From contig CM059427.1 in assembly GCA_030390025.1 (NCBI GenBank), positions 134,974,001 through 135,038,000 of the forward strand: a stretch of 64,000 nt of DNA, written 5' to 3'. Each line of letters opens with the position of its first letter. The stretch's first letter is position 1. Under the pieces are notes generated by a model. That model was not told where the DNA came from. It saw only the letters and a list, made by a program, of their open reading frames with translations, and did not search any database. The translations under genes and the position numbers were made by a program. The stretch is from Squalus acanthias (taxonomy: Eukaryota). Positions 38,562 through 49,702 of the stretch are shown here, piece by piece.

Positions 38562-39085
38562 TCCCACCACGGCAGCTGGGGAATTTATATTCAGTTAATT
38601 AAATAAATCTGGAATAAAAAGCAAGTATCAGTAATGGTGACCATGAAAAGTACTGGATTGTCGTAAAAATACATCTGGTTCACAAATGTCCTTTAGTGAA
38701 GGAAATCTGCCGTCCTTACCGAGTCTGGCCTTTATGTGACTCCAGACCCACAGCAATGTGATTGACTCTTAACTGCCCTCTGAAATGGCCTAGCAAGCCA
38801 CTCAGTTGTATGAAACCACTATGAAAAACAATAATAAGAATTAAACCCGACGGGCCACATGGCATCGACCTAGGCACCGGATTCGGACACGATAAAGGCA
38901 CACCCAGCCCAGTCAACCCTGCAAAGTCCTCCTCACTAACATCTGGGGACTTGTGCCAAAATTGGGAGAGCTGTCCCACAGACTAGTCAAGCAACAGCCT
39001 GACATAGTCATACTCAGAATCATGCCTTTAAGCCAACATCCCAGACTCCTCCATTACCATCCCTGGGTATGTCCTGGCCACCGGC
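38562..39085 (+). mobile_element. 5' region of a LINE (probably family B): SINE-like head followed directly by the APE endonuclease N-terminus
   Basis: 38562-38810 matches 57561-57883; LTNIWGLVPKLGELSHRLVKQQPDIVIL starts at 38932. Confidence 0.8.
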
Positions 39086-39494
39086 TGACTCTGCTTGACT
39101 GCATTATGATTTTCCAAATGCCCTGCTACTGCTTCCTTAATGAAGGACTCCAGCATTTTCCCAATGACAGATGTTAGGCTAACTGGTCTATAGTTTCCTG
39201 CTTTCTGTCTCCCTCCTTTCTTAAATAGGGCTGTTACATTTGCGGTTTTCCAATCCGCTGGGACCTCTCCAGAGTCCAGGGAATTTTGGTATATTGCAAC
39301 CAATGCATCCACTATCTCTGCAGCCACTTCTTTTGAGACCCTGGGATGCAGGCCATCTGGTCCAGGGGACTTGTCGTCTCTTAGTTCCATTATTTTACCA
39401 AGTACTTTTTCCTTAGTGATAGTGATTGTCTTTAGTTCCCCCCTCCCTGTGACCTCTTGATTATCCATTATTGGGATGTTATTAGTGTCTTTAC
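39086..39494 (-). mobile_element. CR1 internal fragment
   Basis: KSPGPDGLHPRV..EVAAEIVDAL..NYRPVSLTSVIGK. Confidence 0.92.
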
Positions 39495-40106
39495 TGGAAG
39501 CGCCCCACCTCCTTCTTGGGGCGCGGCGAGGGAATATCACGGCGCAACGTGCCGCAGCGCATGCCACGCCACAGTACTGCAGGCCTTCCTCCCTTCTTAA
39601 AGGGGAGGGACCATGCGCAGCTAGGCAACCAGGGTTTGGAGTGCCGGCAAAAGAGCCCGTCACTCAAGAGAAGTGCCGGGCTCACGGAGCGCAGCCGTCA
39701 GTCTGCGGGGGGGCTGAAGAGAAGGCCGGGGACGGCAACGGGGGCAGGTGCTGGCAGGCGGCCAGCAACAAAAATGGCCGCCCGGCACCTCACCTTTAAT
39801 TAGCGCCAACCGTGCCGCAGGTAGGCCCTCCTGACCCCGTCAGACATAGCGTCCAGCGGTAAGTCAGGGGGTGCTACCGAAGATAAGATCGCGGCCGGGG
39901 TGCGAGTGGGGCGCTGCGCACGGCGATGATGTAATCGCCGGCGGCGCAGCACCGCGGGGCGCTAACGGTTACCGCCGCCACTAACCTCCCGCTGAATTTT
40001 GTGGGAGGCATTGGCGGCGCCGCGCCCGGGCGCTAGTTGCTTTGCGCCCCGTTAGCGCCCTCTTAGGGTGCTAATGGGAGGCGCAAAGCAACCGAATTTT
40101 TCCTCC
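39495..40106. mobile_element. GC-rich Harbinger-type MITE, one end missing
   Basis: Right TIR CCGAATTTTTCCTCC abuts a CR1 tail (TATGACTCTATGAC); shares subterminal motifs with 44255-45026. Confidence 0.75.
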
Positions 40107-40533
40107 TATGACTCTATGACGTGGGGCCAATTAGGGACCAAAAAGGAGACCTAAGCATGGAGGCAGAGGCCATGGCTGAGGTACTAAATGAGTACTTTGC
40201 ATCTGTCTTTACCAATGAAAAAAGATGCTTCCCAAGTCATAGTGAAAGAGGAGGTAGTTGAGGTACTGGATGGGATAAAAATTGATAAAGAGGAAGTACT
40301 AGAAAGGCTGGCAGTACTTAAAGTAGAAAAGTCACCAGGACCAGATGGGATGCATCCTAGATGCTAAGGGAAGCAAAGGTGGAAATTACAGAGGTACTGG
40401 CCATAATCTTCCAATCATCCTTAGATACGGGGGTGGTGCCAGAGGGCTGAAGAATTGCAAATGTTCCACCCTTGTTCAAAAAAGGGTGTAAGGATAAACC
40501 CAGCAACTACAGACCAGTCAGTTTAGGTAAATT

Positions 40534-41165
40534 GGGTGAAAAATTTGTTAGTGACCATTTTGGGTCGCTAACATTGCCTGGGGCAGCGATCGCTACATTC
40601 AGTTTTAGTGCCCCAAGAGGGAGGTGGAGCACTAAATCAGGGCTCCACTTCCTTCTTAGAGCGCTAACCCCAAAAATCGGGGCGGTGCGCTCTGCTACGC
40701 ACTGGGCCACGTAGTGCTGCCGCATGGATGGGCTCCTCTCATTAAAGGGGAGAGCCCAAGCCCACAACTCTGTGGGTCTCTTCCTGGACCACCGGGGAGC
40801 GGGGTGCCGTGCCAGCAGCCTGGCACTCAAGAGGAGTGCCGGGCTGCCAGATCGCGGCATGGACCCCGTGTTGAAAGACGCAACAGGCCGCAACAAGTAA
40901 GTCAGTCAATTTCTTTTTTCTCTGCCCGCCACCTCCCCTTTACATACTGCCCCACGAGCCTCCTGCCACTCCGTTACTGCCCCCTGAATCGGTCGCTGTC
41001 ATCGCCCGGTGCAGATTCAGGGGGCGCGGGCCAATTTTGCAGGAGGGGCGAAAACGGGGAACTGCGCACGGTGATGACGTCATCATCGCCTGCGCAGCAG
41101 AGCAGGGTGTTACTGGTTACCGCCGCTGCTAAACTCCCGCTGAATTTATACCGAATTTCTAGCCC
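40534..41165. mobile_element. GC-rich Harbinger-type MITE
   Basis: Ends GGGTGAAAAATTTG / CGAATTTCTAGCCC, TSD ATT/ATT. Confidence 0.8.
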
Positions 41166-41318
41166 ATTGATGTGGTGTACACAGACTTCCAAAAGGTCAT
41201 TTGATAAAGTGCCACATAATAGGCTTGCCAGCAAGGTTGAAGTCCATGGAGTAAAAGGGACAGTGGCAGCATGGATATGAAATTGGCTAAGTGACAGGAA
41301 ACAGAGAGTAGAGTCATA

Positions 41319-42213
41319 GGGGGAGAAATTCAGTATCGCCCCATTTGGGGCGCAATTATCGGCCGGGCGAAAAGATTAGCGCCTAGCGCTAATTATCGCC
41401 ACCGACTGCAAACTTGACTTTTATCGCCCCTGGAGGTGATTGGAGCGCTAAATCAGGCGCTTCACACCTGTCTTAAGGCGCAAAGGCCGAGGAGCGAGGC
41501 GCTACCTCAGAGCGCTGGCGAAGCTCATGTGATGTCAGTTAGCAATGGAACACAGACACACTGGCGCCGGCCAGTTCTTAAAGGGGAGGGTCGATCTTGC
41601 TCTCCAGCCACACCCTGCTCACTGCAGCTTTGAATCTCGGCCTGGAGAGACCTGTACATCAATTCTGCTGGAAAGAACAATGGAGAGTACCAGGCAAAGA
41701 GCTCAGAGTGCAGCCCCCACAGACTCTTCTAAATCGATACAAGGAATGGCAGATCAAAATGAACCTGCAAAGTGCTGCTCAGTACCCAAAACTCCTTCAC
41801 ACAACGTTGAATCTCTCCAGAAGTCTCTCTCTCTCTCTCTCTCAGAATATGTAGTTCAAAAATGGCAACAAGAATAAAAGGCAGGAAGCGGTCACCTTTA
41901 AATAGCGCTCCCCCTTTCCCATCATGACTGCAGAACGCTCCCCTCAACCTGTCGTTGCTAGCGTCAGGCGGTAAGGCAGGGGGCGCCACTCAATTTCCGC
42001 TCCGGGGCGTTACCGGGGCGTTGCGCACTCGACTGACGTCACGATCTGCCGGCGCAGGAGATCGTGGTGGTAGTGTTTAGCGCTGCCGCAAAATGTCTAG
42101 TTAATTTCGCGAGCGGCGCAAACTTCGCCGCGCCTGGGCGCTAGATGCTTTGCGCCCCATTAGCGCCCTCTTAAGGCGCTAACAGGAGGCGCAACCAACT
42201 GGATTTTTCCCCC
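41319..42213 (+). mobile_element. GC-rich Harbinger-type MITE, family M1 (895 bp)
   Basis: TIRs GGGGGAGAAATTCAG / CTGGATTTTTCCCCC, TSD ATA/ATA, inserted in a CR1 microsatellite tail. Confidence 0.92.
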
Positions 42214-43810
42214 ATAGAGTCATAGATTTATACAGCACAGAAAGAGGCCCTTCGGCCCATCGTGTCCGCGCCGGCCATCAAGCCCTATCTATTCTAATCC
42301 CATTTTCCAGCACTTGGTCCGTAGCCTTGTATGCTATGGCGTTTCAAGTGCTCATCTAAATGCTTCTTAAATGTTGTGAGGGTTCCTGTCTCTACCACCC
42401 TTTCAGGCAGTGAGTTCCAGATTCCAACCACCCTCTGGGTGAAAAAGTTTTTCCTCAAATCCCCTCTAAACCTCCTGCTCCTTACCTTGAAACTATGCCC
42501 CCTGGTTATTGACCCCTCTACTAAGGGGAAAAGTTCCTTTCTATCTACCCTATCTATGCCCCTCATAATTTTGTACACCTCAATCAGGTCCCCCCTCAGC
42601 CTTCTCTGCTCTAAGGAAAACAATCCCAGCCTGTCCGGTCTCTCTTCATAGCTGAAACGCTCCAGCCCAGGTAACATCCTGGTGAATCTCCTCTGCACCT
42701 TCTCCAATGCAATCACATCCTTCCTATAGTGTGGCGACCAGAACTGCACACAGTATTCCAGCTGTGGCCTAACTAGCGTTTTGTACAGCTCCATCATAAC
42801 CTCCCTGCTCTTATATTCTATGCCTCGGCTAATGAAGGCAAGTATCCCATATGCCTTTTTAACCACCTTATCTACCTGTCCTGCTGCCTTCAGGGATCTA
42901 TGTACATGCACACCAAGGTCCCTCTGATCCTCTGTCCTCCCTAGGATCCTACCATTCATTGTGTATTCCCTTGCCTTGTTAGTCCTCCCAAAATGCATCA
43001 CCTCACACTTTTCAGGGTTAAATTCCATTTGCCACTGTTCTGCCCATCTGACCAACCCGTCTATATTGTCCTGTAGCCTGAGGCTTCCCTCCTCGCTATT
43101 TACCACTCCACCAATTTTTGTGTCATCTGCGAACTTACTGGTCATACCTCCTACATTCATATCTAAATCATTAATGTACACTACAAACAGCAAAGGACCC
43201 AGCACCGATCCCTGCGCTACATCACTGGACACAGGCTTCCAGTCACAAAAACAACCTTCGACCATCACCCTCTGCCTCCTGCCACTAAGCCAATTTTGGA
43301 TCCAATGTGCCAAATTGCCCTGGATCCCATGGGCTCTTACCTTCTTGACCAGTCTCCCATGCGGGACTTTGTCAAAAGCTTTACTGAAGTCCATGTAGAC
43401 TACATCAACTGCACTACCCTCATCTACACACCTAGTCACCCCCTCAAAAAATTCAATCAAATTGGTCAGACATGATCTCCCCCTGACAAAGCCATGCTGA
43501 CTATCCTTGATTAATCCTTGCCTCTCCAAGTGGAGACTAATTCTGTCCCTCAGAATTTTTTCCAATAATTTCCCTACCACTGATGTTAGGCTCACTGGCC
43601 TGTAATTCCCTGGTTTATCCCTACTACCCTTCTTGAATAATGGTACTACGTTAGCTGTCCTCCAGTCCTCTGGCACCTCCCCTGTGGCCAGAGAGGTTCT
43701 GAAAATTTGTCAGAGCCCCTGCAATCTCCTCCCTTGCCTCACACAGCAGCCTGGGATACATCTCGTCTGGGCCTGGGGATTTATCCACTTTTAAGCCCGC
43801 TAAAACTGCT
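42214..43810 (-). mobile_element. Young 5'-truncated CR1 with an uninterrupted 460-aa RT ORF (42294-43676)
   Basis: YMDFSKAFD, QGSVLGP, FADDTK, LVRPQLEYC; tail (CTATGACT)n. Confidence 0.96.
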
Positions 43811-44254
43811 ACGGTGAACAGTTGTTTTTCAGACTGGAGGAAGGTACATAGTGGTGTTCCCCAGAGGTCGTACTAGGACCACTGCTTTTCTTCATATATA
43901 TCAAGACTTGGACTTGGTGTACAGGGCACAATTACAAAATTTGCAGATGACACAAAACTTGGAAGTATAGTGAACAGTGTGGAGGATAGTGATAGACTTC
44001 AGGAGGACATAGACAGGCTGGTGGAAAGGGTGGACACGTGGCAGATGAAATTTAACGCAGAAAAGTGTGAAGTGATACATTTTGGTAGGAGGAATGAGGA
44101 GAGGCAATAGAAACTAAAGGGTACAATTCTAAAGTGGGTGCATGAACAGAGAGACCTGGGGCTACATTTGCACAAATCATTGAAGGTGGCAGGGCAGGTT
44201 GAGATAGCGGTTACAAAAGCATATGTGACCCACGGCTTCATAAATAGAGGCATA

Positions 44255-45026
44255 GGGGGCGAAATTCGGTATTTCCCATTTGGGGGTGGTAACTAAATTA
44301 TCGCCCTAGATTTAGCGCCCGGCGCGGAAGTACTGCCCTGGCCGCTAAATTCGGCTTACCGCCCCAGCGAGGAAGCGGAGCGCTACTTTGGGTGCTCCAC
44401 TTCCTCTCGGGGCGTTGTCGGAGGCGCAAAGCGCGGTAGCACCAGAGCGCTATGTGGCCGCTCCGCGTAGCGCTGATGCATTTCAGCGCCCTTCCCCTTC
44501 TGTTAAAGGGGAGGGACGCTGTGAGCTCTGCAGGGTCTTCAATGGCCCACACTAGCACACCAGGGCGGCGCGGTGCTGGGCTGCGCAGTGGCAGCCATGG
44601 GCCACGCCAAGGGCCGCCATGGAGGGCCGACCTGGAGGTCGGCTAAAAAAAATAAAATGGCAGCGTGGGTCGCGGCCGCACCTCCCTTTAATTAGTGCCC
44701 CACGAGCGGAGGTTGGCCTGGCTTGCGACCCGCAAGGCTGGCGCTAACATCGCCCGTGGCAGCCTTACAGGGCACAGCCAAATTTCCGCCGTGGGGCGGT
44801 AAGGTGTCACGGCGGGGCACTAAGGGGTCACGGCGTGCGACGATGACATCATCGCTGGCGGCGCAGCGGCCTGGGATGCTACCGGCGGGGGCGCGGCGTT
44901 ATTGGCTAGCGCCTTAGTTGCGCCCCACCAAATTTCTCGGGAGGCCCGGGCGATAAGCCCTTTGCGCCCCGTTAGCATCCCCTGGAGGTGTTAACGGCAG
45001 GCGCAAAGGAGCTGAATTTCGCGGTC
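44255..45026. mobile_element. GC-rich Harbinger-type MITE
   Basis: GGGGGCGAAATTC / GAATTTCGCGGTC, TSD ATA/ATA (the Ile codon of the host CR1 RGIE motif). Confidence 0.88.
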
Positions 45027-45647
45027 ATAGAGGACAAAAGCAAGGAAGTTATGATGAACCTTTATAAAATACTTGTCCGGCCTCAACTGGAGTATTGTGT
45101 CCAATTCTGGGCAACGCACTTTAGGAAAGATGTGAAGGCCTTAGAGAGGGTGCAGAAAGGATTTACAAGAATGGTTCCAGGGATAAGGGACTTCAGTTTT
45201 GTGGATAGACTGGAGAAGCTGGGGTTGTTCTCCTTAGAGCAGAAAAGGTTGAGAGGAGATTTGATAGAGATGCTCAAAATCATGAGGGATCTAGACAGAG
45301 TAGATAGAGAGAAACTGTTCCCATTGGCGGAAGGGTCAAGAACCAGAGGACACAGATTTAAGGTGATTGGCAGAAGGTCCAAAGACGACATGAGGAAAAA
45401 CTTTTTTATGCAGCGAGTGGTTAGGATCTGGAATGTACTGCCTGAGAGGCTGGTGGAGGCAAATTCAATCAAGCCTTTCAAAAGGAAATTGGATAAGTAC
45501 CTGAAGGAAAAAACTTTGCAGGACTACAGGGAAAGGACGGGGGAGTGGGACTAGCTGAAGTGCTCTTGCAGAGAGCTGGCATGGGCTCGATGGGCCGAAT
45601 GGCCTCCTTCTGTGCTGTAACCATTCTATCATTCTATCATTCTATGA

Positions 45648-47406
45648 CTGGCCTGCGGCAGGTGGTGAGAGAACCAACACGAAGGAAAAACCTACTTGAC
45701 CTCGTCCTCACTAATCTACCTGCTGCAGATGCATCTGTCCATGACAGTATTGGTAGCAGTGACCACTGCACAGTCCTTGTGGAGGCGAAGTTCCATCTTC
45801 ACACTGAGGACATCCTCCATCGTGTTGTGTGGCACGACCACCGTGCTAAATGGGATAGATTCACAACAGATCGAGCAGCTCAAAACTGGGCATCCATGAG
45901 GCGCTGTGGGCCATCAGCAGCAGCAGAATTGTATTCCACCACAATCTGTCACCTCATGGTCCGGCATATCTCTCACCCTACCATTACCATCAAGCCAGGG
46001 GATCAATCCTGGTTCAATGAAGAAGAGCATACCAGGAGCAGTACCAGGTGCACCTAAAAATGTGATGCCAACCTGGGGAAGCCGCAACACAGGACCATAT
46101 GCATGCTAAACAGCGGAAGCAGCATGCTATAGACAGGGCTAAGTGATCACACAACCAACGGATTAGATCAAAGCTCTGCAGTCCTGCCACATCCAGTCAT
46201 GAATGGTGTTGGATCATTAAACAACTAACGGGAGGAGGAGGCTCCATGAATATCCCCATCCTCAATGATGGCGGAGCCCAACATGGGAGTGCAAAAGAAA
46301 AGGCTGAAGTGTTTGCAACCATCTTCAGCCAGAAGTGCTGAGTGGATGATCCATATCGGCCTCCTCCTGAGGTGCTCACCATCGCAGAAGCCAGTCTTCA
46401 GCCAATTCAATTCACTCCACGTGAGATCAAGTAATAGCTGAGCGCACTGAATACAGCAAAGGCTGTGGGGCCCGACAAATTCCTGGCTGCAGTGCTGAAG
46501 ACTTGTGCTCCAGAACTAGCCGTGCCTCTAGCCAAGCTGTTCCAGTACAGTTACAACAGTGGCATCTACCTGACAAAGTGGATAATTGCCTGTCCTCAAA
46601 AAGCAGGACAAATCCAATCCAGCCAGTTACCGCCCCATCAGTCTACTCTCAATCATCAGCAAAGTGATGGATGGGGTCGTCAACCGTGCCATCAAGCGGC
46701 ACTTACTCACCAATAACCTGCTCACCGATGCTCAGTTTGGGTTCCCCCACCATCAACATCACCATTCACCAGAAACTTAACTGGAACAGCCACATAAATA
46801 TTGTGGCTACAAGAGCAGGTCAGAGGCTGGGTATTCTGCAGCGAGTGACTCACCTCCTGACTCCCCAAAGCCTTTCCACCATCTACAAATAAAAAGTCAG
46901 GAGTGTAATGGAATACTTTCCAATTGTCTGGATGAGTGCAGCTCCAACAACACTGAAGAAGCTCAACACCATCCAAGACAAAGCAGCTCGCTTGATTGGC
47001 ATTCCATCCACCACCTTAAGCATTCACTCCCTCCACCACTGGCACATAGTGGCTGCAGTGTGTACAAGATGCACTGCAGAATCTCGGCAAGGCTTCTCCG
47101 ACAGCACCTACCAAACCCGCGACCTGTATCACCTAGAAGGACAAGGGCAGCAGGCGCATGGGAACACCATCACCTTCAAGTTCTCCTCTAAGTCACACAC
47201 CATCCTGACTTGGAAATATATTGCCGTTCCTTCATCATCACTGGGTCAAGATCCTAGAACTCCCTCCCTAACAGCACTGTGGGAGTACGTTCACCATACA
47301 GACTGCAGCGGTTCAAGAAGGCGGCTCACCATCACCTTCTCAAGGGCAATTAGGGATGCTGGCCTTTCCAGCGATGGCCACATCCCATGAACAAATATTA
47401 AAAAAA
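45648..47406 (+). mobile_element. LINE family B with the RT core deleted near 46745
   Basis: QVVREPTR..LLDLVLTN (end of APE), KTCAPEL; AQFGF jumps to PTINI; intact 3' end. Confidence 0.92.
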
Positions 47407-47454
47407 GATTAACCTGGAGTATTTGTAAACCACAAGGGGTTTCATTCCATCAAT

Positions 47455-49084
47455 GGGATTTTGACCCAGCGATGATGATGGAACGGCAAAATATGTTGAA
47501 GTTGGGATGGTGTGTTTTGGAGGGGAAGTTAGAGGTGAGGGTGTTCCCATGCACCTGCTGCCCTTGTCCATCTAGGTGGTGGATGTCGTGGGTTTGGGAG
47601 GTGCTGCCGAAGAAATCTTGGTGAGTTGCTGCAGCGTATCCTGTGGATAGTATACACTGCAGTCACGGTTCGCCAGTGGTGGAGGGAGTGAATGTTTAGG
47701 CTCGTGGATGGGGTGCCAATCAAGAAGACTGCTTTTTCCTTGATGGTGTCGAGCGTCTTCAGTGTTGTTGGAGCTGCACCCATCCAGGCAGTGGAGAATA
47801 TTTCATCACACTCCTGACTTGTCCCTTGTAGGTGGTGGAAAGGTTTTGGGGAGTCAGGAGGTGAGCAATTCGCCACAGAATACCCAGCCTCTGACCTGCT
47901 CTTGTTGCCACAGTATTTATGTGGCTGAACCAATTGAGTTTCTGGTCAACGGTAACCCCCAGGATGTTGATGGTGGGGGATTTGGTGATGCTAATACCAT
48001 TGAATGTTAAGGGAAGGTGGTTAGACTCTCTCTTGTTAGAGACAGTCATTGCCTGGCACTTGTGTGGTGCAAATTTTACTTGCCACTTATCAGCCCAATC
48101 CTCTATGTTGTCCATGTCTTGCTGCATGTGGGCATGGACTGCTTCATTATCTGAGGAATTGAAAATGGAACTAAACACTGTGCAATCATCAGCGAACATC
48201 CCTACTTCTGACCTTATGATGGAGCGAAGGCCATTGAGGAAGCAGCTGAAGATGGTTGTATCTAGGACACTGCCCTGAGGAACTCCTGCAACATTGTCCT
48301 GGGGCTGATATGATTGGCTTCCAAAAACCACAACTATCTTTCTTTGTGCTAGGTATGATTCTAGCCAGTGGAGAGTTTTCCTCCTGATTCCCATTAACTT
48401 CAATTTTACTGGGGCCCCTTGATGCCACACTCTGTCAATTGCTGCCTTGATGTCAAGGGCAGTCACGCTCACCTTACCTTTGGAATTCAGCTCTTTTGTC
48501 AATGTGTGGACCAAGGCTGTAATGAGGTCTGAAGCCGAGTGGTCCTGGAGGAACCCAAACTGCGCATTGATGAACAGGTTATTGGTGAGTAAGGGCCACT
48601 TGATAGCAAAGTCAACAACACCTTCCATCACTTTGCTGATGATTGAAAGTAGACTGATGGGGCGGTAATGGCCGGATTGGATTTGTCCTGCTTTTTGTAG
48701 ACAGGACATACCTGGGCAATTTTACACATTATTGGGTAGATGCCAGTGTTGAAGTTGTATGGGAACAGTTTGGCTAGAGGCACGGCTAGTTCTGGAGCAC
48801 AAGTCTTCAGCACGACAGCGGGATGTTGTCGGGGCACATAGCGTTTGCTGTATCTGTTTTAGGGGTCCATGTATATAGATCATTAAAATGTCATGGACAG
48901 GTACAGAAAATAATCGAAAATGCTAATGGAATGCTGGGCTTTATATCTAGAGGACAAGCATACAAGGGGGTAGAAGTTTTGCTACACCTATACAAAGCCT
49001 TGGCTAGACCATACCTGGAGTACTGTGTTCAGTTCTGGGCGCTGAGCCGTTTCTTGATATCATGTGGAGTGAATCGATCTGGAG
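47455..49084 (-). mobile_element. LINE family B RT region (3' tip missing), with a + strand CR1 fragment inserted at ~48857-49039
   Basis: ORF 47759-48709 with ALDIKAA, GVPQGS and FADD; the LINE resumes at 49040. Confidence 0.92.
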
Positions 49085-49372
49085 TTCCCACGTGTGTGAA
49101 GTCAATTATGCCATGCACCTGTGTGAAGCCAGCCAGAGACGCAAACACAAGCACCCGCTCATTCTGACTAGCATCATCACAGGTGAAGTTAAAATAATTG
49201 CCGTCCCTGGCAAACAACCCATCAGTGACCTGCCTTATGCATTTATGTGCAGCCAGCTAGGAGTTCCTGGATATCTCTCCCTGGAAGGACGCGCAGGCAA
49301 AAAAGTTGAGGGCGCGGTCACTTTCACAGCTGAACCCCAACCCTCGTGCATTTTACTATTAAAATTCCCCCC
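49085..49372 (-). mobile_element. Harbinger left end plus transposase fragment
   Basis: FARDGNYFNFTCDDASQNERVLVFASLAGFTQVHGIIDFTHV matches 5780-5905; TIR GGGGGAATTTTAA at ~49371. Confidence 0.85.
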
Positions 49373-49702
49373 ATTAAGTGGCGTTCTTCTGTAGATAGTT
49401 TTGCACTCCTTTGGCTTTGCACCAGCAACAGTATTGCTGCAACAGTTCAATCACCTGGGAATTTTTTAAAATTTGACCTTCAGTCTTTCTAAATGTTAAC
49501 AGAGAACCAACAATGATGTTGACTCTTCACTAAGATTAAAATTTAACCAGAATTGGACCCTTCTGAACTGCACTTTGACTGTCCAAAGAGCAATGCTATG
49601 CCAGCAATGTGATTTGGGTCTGTTGGCTCTGCATCACTGCAAGCAGGCACCAGTCTCAAGGTGGTAGCTGTCATGTGACTTTACCATCACCAATGTGTTA
49701 AT

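Larger units (their letters stand above)
40120..45647 (+). mobile_element. CR1 LINE broken into four pieces (40120-40533, 41166-41310, 43812-44254, 45027-45647) by nested insertions
   Basis: The pieces are collinear with CR1 ORF2; RGI|EDKSKEV rejoins across 44254/45030. Confidence 0.88.

Noticed and set aside
41436-41989. ORFs in MITE M1 shared between two copies (e.g. MEHRHTGAGQFLK...)
   Set aside because: They are shared only because the copies are young and GC-rich; starts are non-ATG, no domain is recognisable, and they run through a (CT)n tract.
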